Shown here in pieces: positions 26,801-39,600 of a stretch of 61,954 nucleotides of DNA. The stretch is from the NCBI GenBank assembly GCA_004022145.1, contig RCNU01000029.1. One strand, 5' to 3'. Positions within the stretch are counted from its first letter, which is position 1, and every line of letters begins with the position of its first letter. The notes under the pieces are model-generated. The model did not search any database and was not told where the DNA came from. It saw nothing but the letters and a program-made list of their open reading frames with translations. The position numbers were made by a program, and so were the translations under genes. This stretch comes from Paecilomyces variotii. Its lineage: Eukaryota.

Positions 26801-29653
26801 CTAGATAAGTTAGTATTTTTAAATAGAAAGGGTTTTTTAGTATTATTTCTCTAATATCTTCTATAATATTATTGTACTAGCGGTATTATAAATTGGTTTT
26901 AATTATTTTTAGATAAATATCTTTATATTAATCTTAGTAAATGCTGTCTTATATTTATTCTTAGATAACTTAATAACTTTCTAGTAGTCCTTGTTAATTA
27001 ACTATCTTTTTATATAGATAAACTACTTTTTATAGTTCTTTCTTAAAAGGGTAAGAATAGGCCTCCCTTTTAAATTATTAAAATTCTTTATAGAGAATAT
27101 AATAATAGTAGATTAATATTTTAATCTTTAACAGGATTTAATCCCTATTAAGTTTAATATTTAGTTTTTTAAATATTAGAGCAGTCTTATTATAAATTCT
27201 TTTATATAAGGGTGGTTTATTACTGCTATTTTAAATTTAATTAATTTAGGGATAAAGAGTTTTTTACTATTAGGTTTTTAATTCTAAGTTATTATAAACC
27301 TAGGCTTATAACTAGTTGCGCGGGAGATTATATAGGAATTAGAATATACTATTAATAATATGAAAGTAACTTAGAATAAGGGAGTCTATATATTATAGCG
27401 GAATAAATAATATTATTATTATTAACTATCTCTATTTAGGTAAAAGACTTAAAGAGGCTTCTACCTAGTTATATAATTAAAGGTAGACCTTATTATAGGT
27501 ATAAAAATAATATATAAGTATTATTAATTATAATAGTGTTATATTTATTACCGCAATATTAATTACCTTTCTTATATTAATTTAGTATATAAAGTTCTAT
27601 TTATTCTAATAATTATAGAGTAGTCCTATTATTATAAATAACTTTATTCTATATATTAATTTATATAGGGTATATTTTATTATAGATATACTAACCGCTA
27701 AGTTTATTACTTCCTATAAAAAAGATAGTATTAATAATTAGTCCTTAAGATCTTATAAGCTAATAAGAAAGTATTTAAATATAATCTCTATCTGTTAGTT
27801 AGTCCTTTTTAATTAATTATCTATCTGGGGATAATATACTATAGAGAATAATAATTTTATTCTTAATTTAATAAAAAGCATCTTCTAAAGTTCTAAGAGG
27901 AATTTCCTATTCTTATCTAAAATTATTATATACAGAATACCCTAATTATTAATATATAGTCTATTAAGGAGGGCTAAGCCCTATTATATTACTATTTATA
28001 TTAAAAAACCTTAAATAAAGATAACTTACTTAATAAACTTATAGGTTACTAATATATAATAATTATATCCCTTTTATAGTCTATATATAACTGGTAATAT
28101 TAAGATAAAGTTAATTATAATAATGTGAAATAAAATAGGTAGTACTAAGATAAGTTATATTAAATTATATAGGTAGTATCTTTATATGTAGTTAATATAA
28201 TATTTAGGATAATACTTAATATAAGTATATAATAGTTTAGTATACTTATAAATGGCTAAGCTATTTATATAGTTTATTATCCTATTAAAGCTATAATATC
28301 CAGTTTTATTATAGGTAAGTTAAACGATTTCTATAACTATAAATCTAAGGATATATAAAGTATATACAGCCATTATACAGGTTATATAAATATAAGAATT
28401 TATCTAATATTTTGAGGGAAGTATAGTCTTAGTATCTAATTAATATAGGCCTACTTATAATTACTAGTATATCTGTCTATAAGTTTCTTTTTAAAAATTA
28501 TTACTAACTTTAATTAGTAAAGCTATAAATTTAATCTTATCTCCTTCTTTATTAAGACTAGAGCTTCCGGTATTTTACTATATATAGGTAATATTATTAT
28601 TTAAACTATCCCGATATTATTATTAGATATTAATACTAAGCTACTACTAGGTTATATAGTATTTTAATTTATTATCTTAATATCTTAGCCTATTATTATA
28701 GTATTCCTAGTATTTATACCTATTCTCCTACTTATTATCTTAATATTATAGTATATTATAGTTGTATTAAAGATTTTACTATAGAAAATACTAGGGTCTT
28801 TAATATCTTCTAATAGGGGTATATATAGTTCTTTAATTATAGATAATAAATACAAGTATATCTGGTACTATATTTATCTTTCTAGGCCTATAGTATATCT
28901 AGATTAAAGTATTAGATATACTAGCTAGCCAGGATAAGTTATAAATTTATATACTTTATAGAACTAAACTTTAAAAATATCTATTTTATAATAGTAAGTA
29001 TTATACTATAATTTATAAATATTATAATAGCTCCTTTAGATACCTCTACTAAGTACCTAATTTTTTAAGAATTTAAATAAGGTAAATAACTTCTAGTTTT
29101 ATAAACTAGTACCTTGTTTTTATTAAGTTAAGTTAATATAATAAAAATAGAATAGGTTATACTTATAGTCTATTAAGTATAGCCTTAATTAGGGGGCTTA
29201 TTAAAAATAAGTATTATCTATTAGCCTAACTATTATCGCGAATATAATATACTATAACTTCTATTCTATAATATAATATATTAGTTCTTAATCTACCTAT
29301 TATATTTAAATTAATATATAATTTTCTATCTGGTAAAAAATATACTAAAAATAAGATTATAAAAGTATTATTTAAATTTACTAAATAACTTTAGCTTATT
29401 TTTTATAGGTAGATTAACTTATATTACTAAAATAAACTTTTAATATACTTCTTTTTTAACTAGGCCTAGTTTAAGGAATAATATCTTTTAATCTTATAAT
29501 GGCGTAATAATAATAATATATCCTAAGATATACTAATAGAACTATTCTATTAGAATAAGGAAATATTTTAAATCCTTAAGTATAGTGAGAAAAGGTAGAT
29601 TAATAATTACCTTTATTTTTAAAAGTAGCTATACTAAATATATTAATATATTA

Positions 29654-31479
29654 ACGTATTTCCCGTTTAACCCGATTACCCGATCGTTTTAATTACCCCG
29701 ATTACCCCGATTAATTATATAAAATACTATTTGATTTTGCACCTAAATAGCAATGTAATTTCACGATATTTAATTGCTAATTAAATGAGAATATTTAACC
29801 CTTGTATAACCCCTAGTATTACAATTTAAAGATATCGGAGGCGCCTATCGGCGCGGCTATTTAGTTAAATTACTTAATTCTTCTACTCTATTAGTAGAAG
29901 CTTTAATTGCTTTATTATCTCTTTATATTAAAGCTTAATATTCTTTAATAGATAATCTCGGTAAAGCACCTATTTAATATTTAAATTACTTCTTCTTCTC
30001 TTAAAGTTCTTTATTAGTTAAGTATAAATTCTAAATCTTCTATACTATAAAGGTCTTTTTATTAATAATAGTTTTATATTGTTAAATAAATTAATCCAGG
30101 CCTATTAAATCTAAGTTCCAAAATATAAGCCTATATTTTTCTAATTCCCTTTAATTCTATAGTGTTTTAGATAGGGTAATAATAAAAGAAGTTAACTGGA
30201 TTATTAGCAGTATAGGTGTTTTAAGTTAAATAATAAACTATGAAAGCACCTTTTTTAAATTAAATAGGATAAGGTTAATAGCTCTAAATCTACTTTTAAT
30301 AATATTTAAATAAAAGATCTATGCATAAACTAAAGGGTAAATACTTAGAAAATTAATCTTATTAATATAATTAAATCCTTCCTATTACTTATCCTAAACT
30401 AGGCGACTCTATACTCCTTTTAAAGATTTAAAACAACTAATATCTAGAGGTTAATAGAAAGTTAATAAGTATAATAGTATATAGATAGGAATAATATTAT
30501 TCTCACTATATATTTTATTAAATTCCGGGGTTAAATAACTGCCGTGCCTATTTAGAATAAAAAGATAATATTATTCAGTTATATAATAAACTATTTGAGG
30601 TATAAAAACCTTTTAAAGCCAGTAAAGTTTAATCTAATCTATAGTTTAACTATTATTACTAATTTTAATCCTTTAATTCTTTAGTATATTAGGATCCTTA
30701 TACCGAACTTATATATAGATTTTTACTTTAAAAATAATATATAGCGGTATTATATATTTAATTAATATAACTTATTTATAATTCCCTGGTTAAATATTTT
30801 TATATTTCCTATAATATTTAGTTTATATTATTACCTTAGCAGTAGCTATAAGGCCTATAATATATCTAATTTTATTGAAATTATAGATATCTTTATCTAT
30901 AATCCTATATTTTATTTAGTAAAGTTAAATATTATTAAAGTAGGGTTTAATAATCTTTAAATTTTCACATTAAACTTATTTATAACTATATTATCTATTA
31001 TAAGCAGTTTCTAGCTTAGGATAATAATTAATAAAAATAGAAGCCTAGTTTTTGCCCAACTAAACTTAGCAATCTTAATTTAAAAAAACTGCCTATCTCT
31101 AGGACTTAGGAAGATTAAGGACTTATACCGCGTAAATCTATAGATAATATCTATTTTATAAGCGATTTCTCTTATAATTCTATTAATTTTAATTTATTAT
31201 TAGGTCAATAATAGCAATATTATTGTCTATAAATTTTTTTTAGAGGGTTATATAGGGAATATTATAGACCGACGCTATTTTTTGTATAAATGGAATTTAA
31301 TTCTTTTTTAAAGCTTAAATGGCTAATAGGATTCTGCCCTCTTGCTTATCGCTTTTTTTAATAATTTAAGCCTTTTTAGTAGTATAGTAGATAGTTAAAT
31401 AATATTAATTTTAACGGGGTAGAGAAAGCTCGTAAAGTAATTAGAATAATCGGGTAATCGGGTTAAACGGGAAATATAT
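29654..31479 (-). mobile_element. Tc1/mariner Fot1/pogo-type DNA transposon (1826 bp) with RIPed transposase at ~29770-31385
   Basis: TIRs acgtatttcccgtttaacccgattacccgat / atcgggtaatcgggttaaacgggaaatatat, TA on both sides. Minus strand de-RIPs to DIYNFDET (~30870-30890), LILDGHGSHLTP (~30525-30560) and LQPLDI (~30440-30457). Confidence 0.93.
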
Positions 31480-32940
31480 TATCCTCAGAGAATTACTAAT
31501 AGAAATCCTATAAATAATTTCTTAAGATTTAGTGCGATATTTAGTTTTCATAGGATTGTAAAGACTTTATAAAGATATTAAATATATTGTTCAGAGTTTT
31601 TAAAGCAATAACTAGGTTATTAATATAAATATATATAAATTCCTTTAATTTCTTTAGGTATTAGTCTATTAATATTAAATATATATAGGTATATTATAAA
31701 ACCCTATAATAATATTAAATACCTCTTATCTTTAGTATATAATAATAATTAGTCTTATTTAATATAGGGGAAAGACCCTTTATTAATAAAAAAGAGATAT
31801 TATATTAAAATACTAATATATATATATATCCTTATATTATACCCAGAATATCTTCCTATAATAGAATTAGATAAATATTTAGAATAGTTTTATAGTTTAG
31901 CGGTTAAATATTAACTATAATATATTCCTTATATATTTAAATACTATATTTCTTAACTATTTTCTAAATAATACAGATAAAATATTTATTAGGGGTATAT
32001 CTATCTACCTATAATATTTAACCCTTAAAGAGTATTAAATATTTAATCTATAACCTTTTTATTCTTAGGATTTAGTAGGTAAACTTTATTATATTAAGGT
32101 AAATATATTAGAGGGTTTCTGCAAGTTCAGATTACTAGGTTTTAGATTTTAGGTTTCTTAATTAGAACTCTTAGCGAATCTAACTAGCAAGCGGTCTATT
32201 CGTGATATTTATTATATAACTAGTAACCGGGAAGTATTAGGTAGTTCTAGGGAGTTCTTTCAGCTTCTGGATTAAGAAGATTATATAAGTCCCGGTTAGG
32301 GTTTTAATAGAGGCTATATTTCGACAAGAGATAGTATTAATCTTTAGAGAATTAATAGGGAAACTACCGGAGGTTATTGTACTGGAGTAGAAATAGGACC
32401 GCATTAATAAGGATTTAAAGGCCTTAAATAAAAGGTCCTCTAAGCAGGAATTAGCTATAAAAAGACTTAATAAGAACTAGTCTAGGCTTCTTACTTACCT
32501 TAGTAAACTACTCCCCTTCCCTGAAGCTAATAAATCTAGTTAAGACTAGTAGTAAATAGTTTATTTAATATTAGTAAATTAAGGTCTTCCTTAAGTAATA
32601 GTATTTTTTCTTTATATAATAATAATAAGGCATTTCCTTTTAGTAGCGGCAGACTTAAATCTCTATTTAATAATAGTATTGCTTCGGAATCGGCTAATAA
32701 AATATTTAAATACTTATTTAATATTAGTGGCTCGATCCTATAGTAAATGCTAATAAATATTCTTATAGAGATAGGTTATTATATTAGTAAAGAATATTAA
32801 AATAGTATAGTAAGTAATAATTGCCTGTATAATCGGCTATAGGTTAATATCTAGAGTATTTATATACCAATAAGTTTAAATTGTGCTAAAGACTATCTCT
32901 ATAAATATATAATCTAATAAAAGTTTTAGGTTAAATTATT

Positions 32941-33459
32941 CGGGCCTATACCTCGGCCCAGCCGGGGGCGAGCTCAGCCCACCCTAGAAGCTTAGCCCAC
33001 CCGAGTATTTTTACCATTTTTTAAGTGGGCCGAGCTTTTAAACTAAAAACTTCAAGAATTTATTAAAAGTCGAAACCTAAAGATATTTCACTCGGAATTG
33101 AATATTTATATAGGTTATAACCTATATCTTATATATAAAAAAAAGAAAAATTAAATATCTAAAAATCGATTTTTAAGAATTAAAAAACCAAGAAAGATTT
33201 GTAATTTTCGAATTTCTATGTGTAATTTACTAACTCTTGCCCTAGCGTACCCAATTAAAATCCTAAAATCCTAATTTTAATATATAATGTAGACTAAAAT
33301 ATAAATTATTTTATAATATTTTTTATATATTTCTACTATGCCTAAATAGGCTAGGAAAAATCAAAGTTTCCTGGGGTGCGCCGAGATCCCAAATACTTAG
33401 GTGGTATGAGCTTTTAGGGTGGGCTGAGCTCGTCCCCGGCTGGGCTGAGCTATATCCCG
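32941..33459 (+). mobile_element. ~520-bp non-autonomous TIR element (MITE-like), termini CGGG...CCCG, copy 1
   Basis: About 52-bp imperfect TIRs and repeated gtgggc(c/t)gagct motifs. AT-rich interior with no evident ORF. Near-identical inverted copy at 55717-56236. No TSD visible. Confidence 0.85.
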
Positions 33460-33631
33460 GGTCTTAACTAATAAACTAAATAATAATAACTAAGTTAGAA
33501 GTAAGGCCTAATTAAATTATAATTCTTTTAGTATTATTCTTACTAACCCGTAATAGATAATAAATAATTAAAGTATATTAAATATAAAGAACTAAATATA
33601 TCTATAGAGCATTAATAAGCATTTTTATATA

Positions 33632-35504
33632 ATGTAATTCCCGACCGACCTAATTACCCGCCCGACCTAATTACCCTATAAGCTTCCTTTACGATTATTA
33701 AATTAGTTTTATTTAACTATCTACTATGCTACTAAAAAAGCCTATTTTATCGAAAAATTATACTAAGCAGGAGGGGAGGATTTTATTAGCAATTAAAGCT
33801 TTAAAAAAAGATCAAATTCCTTTTATATAAAAGGCAGCGTTAACTTTTAATATTCTATATATAACCCTTTAGATAAGACTTTAAAGATATTAATTTTACT
33901 ATAATATACCTAATAATATATTTAAATTAAATAAAGTATAACAGAAATTGCTTATATAATAGATACTATCTATAGATTTATAGGGATTAAGTCCTCGGCC
34001 TGTGCAAATCCAAGAGATAAGTAATCTTCTTATAGGTTAAGATAGCGGGGTTTAGCTAAGGAAGAATTAAATATCTATATTTATTAAATATCGCCCTAAA
34101 TTAAAAAGTATTTATTCTAGATAATATGCCTATCAGCAAGCTAAATATAAAGACTTAAAAATTATAAAACCCTATTTTAATAATATTTAAATAACTAGAA
34201 TAAAATATAAGATTATAAATAAAGATATCTATAACTTTAATAAAACTAGATATATAATAAGCCTTACTACTACTGCTAAGGTAATAATATAAGCTAAATA
34301 TTATAAAAAATATTAAGTTACCTAACTAGAGAATTGCTAATAAGTTATATTAATTAAATATATTAACTCTATAGGTTAGGCAATACTGCTATATATTATC
34401 TTTAAAGGCAAAACCTATATCTAAGGCTAATATAAGGATCCTAATCTACTAAAGGACTAAAGAATTAAAGTTAGCAATAATAGTTAGACTATAGACCAGA
34501 TTAGATTATACTAGCTTAAAAAGGTTTTTATACCTTAGGTAGCTCGCTAAAAAATTAGATAATATTTGCTTCTTATTCTAAACAGGTATAATAATTATTT
34601 AACCCTAGAGTTTAATAAGATATATAGTAAATATAATATTATTTTAGTTTATATATTAGCGCATTTATTAGCTTTCTATTAACCTCTAGATATTAACTGC
34701 TTTAGACCTTTAAAAGGAGTATATAGTTGCTTAGTTTAAGATAAGCACCGGTAGGGGTTTAATTATATCAATAAGCTTAACTTCCTAAATATTTACCCTA
34801 GAGCTTGCGCCTAAACATTTATTTTAAATATAATTAAAAGCAGATTTAAAGCAACTAGTTTAATCCCTTTTAACCTAGACAAAGTGTTTAAATAGTTTAT
34901 TATTTAATTAAATACTCCTATATTATTAAGAAGCCGGTTAATTGCTTTTATAGTCTCCCTATCCAAAATATTATAGAATTGTAAAGATTTAGAGAAGTAT
35001 AGAACTATGCTTTAAGGCTTACTTAAAAGATAAACCTAAAGTCCTCTATTTTCTAATTAGCTAGTTCTAGATTATTTTATTTAATAATATAAATGTCTAG
35101 TAAGTAAGAAAACTCTTATAGCACATAAGAATTAGAATCTATACTTAGCTAATAAAAAACTCTAGTAAAAAAAGTAATAATCTAATTATTAAATAGGTGC
35201 TATATAGGGTTTAAGTATTAAAAAAGGTTAAGCTCTTATATAAAGGAATAATAAAGCCAGTAAAGCTCTTACTAGCACTATAAAATAAATAGGCAATTTA
35301 ACTATATAGCTGCGCCAGCAGGCGCTGCTAATATATTTAAATTATAATACTAGGGGCTATACTAGAGTTAAATATCCTAATTAATATAGCAATAAGATAT
35401 TGTTAAATTATGCTGCTATTTTAGTAGTAAAATTAGACAGTATCTTATCTATATATTTAAGGTAATTAGGTCGGGCAGGTAATTAGGTCGGTCGGGAAAT
35501 ACGT
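33632..35504 (+). mobile_element. Tc1/mariner Fot1/pogo-type DNA transposon (1873 bp)
   Basis: TIRs atgtaattcccgaccgacctaattacccgcccgacctaattacc / ggtaattaggtcgggcaggtaattaggtcggtcgggaaatacgt. TA at 33630-33631 and 35505-35506. Confidence 0.95.
33726..35390 (+). pseudogene. Fot1-like DDE transposase pseudogene (end approximate)
   Basis: ATG at 33726. De-RIPed DEDIYNFDETG (~34218), NGWT (~34480), LILDGH.SHLTPEF (~34572), QPLDI (~34680) and a C-terminal CX2CX4HX4C knuckle (~35333-35378). Confidence 0.88.
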
Positions 35505-36699
35505 TATTTAATCCTTTCTATATACTATATATACTAATCTTTATCTTAGTTCTTAAGGTATATTATATATTTTGTATATTATCTTACTAATTAATATATT
35601 TAATATATACTCTATATAATTATTCTTATTATATGTTTTATTATTTCCTATAACTGTTTCTAGGATTATTATATTACGTATATATTGTTTTAGCTTACTC
35701 TTATATTTCTCATAAAGTTATCTTTTATTAGTCTATAATAAATATAATAGAAGCTAAATTTCTTCTATATTTATTTAAATATATTTCTTTTATAAAAAAT
35801 AGATTAGTTAGTTTTTTATTATCTTTATAAATATTTATAAGAATTTAATTTTAATCTATAATAAAGTCTACTGCTAGTATCTTTAAGTTAAGTATTTTTA
35901 ATTTATAATTAAATTATTCTTATATAACTAGGGTAATTCTAAGATTATATTCTAGTTCTTCTTAATTATATTTTCTTCCTATATTAAAATAATTTAGAAA
36001 TTAATCTTATACTGTTTTAGCTTTTTCTTTAAGTTCTTAACTTTAATAATAATAGGAAAGTAACTATAAATAAGTATTATTTAATCTCCTATTTATAAAG
36101 CTTATTTAACTAATTTTTAGAGAAAGTCTTTATAATTATAATATACTAAAAAATTATAGTTAATAAAATTATTATATGCTTACGAGTTAAAGAATATATT
36201 TATTTTTATAGTATAACCTTTAATTAATATATTTATTAAGATTATAAACTTTAGCTCTATACTATTAATATGTTAAAATATTTTATACTTAATTTCTTTC
36301 TCTTTAAGAGTTTTAGAATTTTTCTCTAGATATTATTTATTATTATTAATATATTTGAATTTCTTATAATTAAAGTATTATTCTTCTTTTTTAAATTATT
36401 CTTTCTCTTATATTTCTAAGAACGTTAACTTCTTTATTTTATATTCTATATTGGTCCTTGTAAAGGTAAACTAAGATAATTCCCCCTTTTATTTATCCCT
36501 TATATAAGGATAAAACTATTCTTTCTTCTTAAAGTCTTTAGACCGGAAAAATAAGGATAAGAATAATTTAATTAAGTTTTTAAGATTTTACTTAATAACT
36601 ATAGCTTCTAAAGCTAGCTATATTAAATTTATTAAAATTACTTAATAATTAAATAGCTAATTCTATATTTCTTCCTATAATATATAAAAAAATATCTAG

Positions 36700-39600
36700 T
36701 TTTAGTGCCCCTAGGGGCTCTAGTAGTAGTCGCCCGCGCTAGCAGTTAGCTTAATTAGTAGAGTAGTAGCTAGATAGATCAGTTCAGCTTAGCTTCTAAA
36801 TAGTTCCTTAATTAAGCATCTTTATTAGCTTTAAGAGATTATAAGCTTAGCTCAGCCCTATTACTATTTTAAATAGATAAGCTAAATATCTTAAAGCTTT
36901 AATTTAATAAAAAGCTTTAATTAAATAATATTTAAGACAAGGAGTTAAATTAACAGATCTTTACCCCTAATTAGAATAACCCTTTAATATATTAATACTA
37001 CTATTAACTAAGTTAACCCCCTAACTAGTAATTATAATTTATTAAGGATTAAAGCTATTAAAGACCCTATAGGATAAAATACCTATAATAGCTAAGCGAC
37101 TGATTAATAATAGCAATTATAATAACTAGCTTTAGCTAATAAAAGAAGTCCTTAAAACTATAGATTATAAGGACCTAATTAATATATTAATTAGAAAACT
37201 TATACTTTATAATAGAGCTAAGACTTATAAGAAATAAAGAAAGCTTAGCTTAATAATAAAGAGCTAGATTAGTAATTAGATTAATTATAAGCTAATTAAA
37301 ACTATTAGAATTATACCTAATAAGCTAATCTGTATAGATAAATATATTAAAGTAATTAAGAAAGTTATTAACTACAGCTTAGCTTAAGGCAGATTATTTA
37401 TATTCTAGTAAGCTATTACTATAACTAGATCTTAATATAAAATAATTAAATAATATATTACTAAATTTAGAGATTATATAATAAAATTAAATAATATAGG
37501 CTTAACTCTTTTACCCTTTAATATAGTAATATTAATATTTAAGCAGCTTAAATTTAAATTATTAGCCTAGATTAACTCCTATTATATTTAATAGTCTTAG
37601 TAAATTAAGCCCCTAATAAATATAATAATAGAGGAATTCTAGCAACTTAGCTTTAAAGCTATTAATTAAGCTAGATCTTATAAGAGTATTTAAATAGTCT
37701 TAGCTATATTTGCGAATAGGGCTTTAATTTAAAAGACCTAATAATCTAATAGACTATTAAAGGGCCTGTTATTAAATAAAGACTCTTAAGATTTTACTTA
37801 TAAAATATATAATAAGAAACTATATTTTAAAGGCAAATATAGATATTATTATATGCTTAAATATAACTCTGCAGATTATTATTACCTTAAAGAAGAAGTT
37901 CTTAATTAATAGCGCCTATTAAGAGATATTTAAACTCTTTTAGATTAGAAGAAAATTAACTCTAGTTTATAGAAATAAGATAAGAAGAAGAAGGATTTTA
38001 ATAGCTTTATAGATATAATAGTCTTAATAATACTTATCTTATTTATTAGCTAGATAGCAGACTTAGGAATATATAGAAATATATATAATAACAAGTCTTA
38101 ATTTATTAAGTATAGAGACTTTATTAATAATAAAAAGTAATAATATAAATATAACTATATAAATAATATCCTAGGTAAAAGTAAAGGCAAAGGTATTATT
38201 AAACTAGACCTAGAGCTTAATAGTAATCGCATAAATAGTATCCTTATCTATACCCTATATATATTAAAGCAGAAATATTACCTATTCTTTATAATTTAAA
38301 ATAAAATATTATATAAAATATAATATAACTTCTAAGATAATAAACTAATAGATATAGATATTAATTAAATTATTAGATATATATATAAGAATAAAGATAT
38401 CTTATAGCTTAAGCTTTATAAGCAGATTACTATACTAGCAATATTACTAAAGCTCTTATATAAGAGAATAAGATATATTAATATTATAAAGCTTAAAGCT
38501 ATTATTAAATTAAACCCTATAGCTATTAAACTTATTAAGAATATTAACTTCTATTATAAAGTATATTATATAGTAAAGATAAAATAATTAATATTTAGAG
38601 ACCCCTAGCTCTATATATTATAACTAATAGAATTCTTCTATATAGATATCTAGCCTATAAAGCTGCTGAGAGTTTAAGAATATATTAATTATCTTATTAT
38701 TATAGATAGTATTATAAAAACTTAATTTATCTATATATTAAAATTAAAAGATAAAGCTTTAAAATATATAATCTCCTTTATTAAAGGGATTAAGAATATC
38801 TTGCTAATAGGATATTATTTCTAATATTAAAGAATTAATAATAGAAGAGAGTTTCTAAACTTTAAATCTTAGGCTAAAGCTAAAGGCCTTAAGGTTAAAC
38901 TAATACCTCTATAAATTTTAAAAAATAATAGCACTTTAAAATACTATGAAAGATATTTTAATTTATTAGCTTATATAATAATAATAGCTTTAGAACTCCT
39001 AGAGAATCTTTAGCTATTTATAATTAAGATTATTATTTATATTATAAATAGAGTATTATAGAAAGATAAGACTAAACCTCTTATTATAAAATAGAGGAGA
39101 TATTTTAATATATTAAATAAAAACCTCTTGCTAAAATATTTATAAGTTTAAGATTATTAAATATATCTCTATATATTTAAAGAAGATAGGAAGCAAGTAT
39201 TTAAAATAATATCTTATGCTTAAATTAATTACCTAATTAGATATAAGAGAGATAATAGTTATATTTATAAAGTCTAAATCCTAGAAATAGGTAAGATTAA
39301 ATACTTTAAAGATATTATATTCTTTAAAGATCTTAATAATCTATTAATTCTTATAATTATAAAAAGTCTTATATTAAAGGGTTTAGCGCTAAATATAAGG
39401 GGAGTAAAAATGCCTATTTTTAAACAATATATTAAGAATTAACTATTAATAGTTAATTTAATCTATTAAATAGTTAAAGATACTATTTAATAATATATTA
39501 GAACCTTATTATTTATACCCTAAATTAAATAATAGATATTATAATAACTATTAAAAATATAATAAAATATAGATATTATTTAATTTATTATAGGTAATTT

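Larger units (their letters stand above)
10385..27535 (-). mobile_element. Ty1/Copia family B, copy B2, interrupted by G2 (11510-18536) and A1 (18869-23849); LTRs 10385-10606 and 27314-27535
   Basis: Host sequence resumes in register after each insertion and is collinear with full-length B3. PBS-like aggcttataact lies at 27302-27313. The two LTRs are the same length but diverged. Confidence 0.8.
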
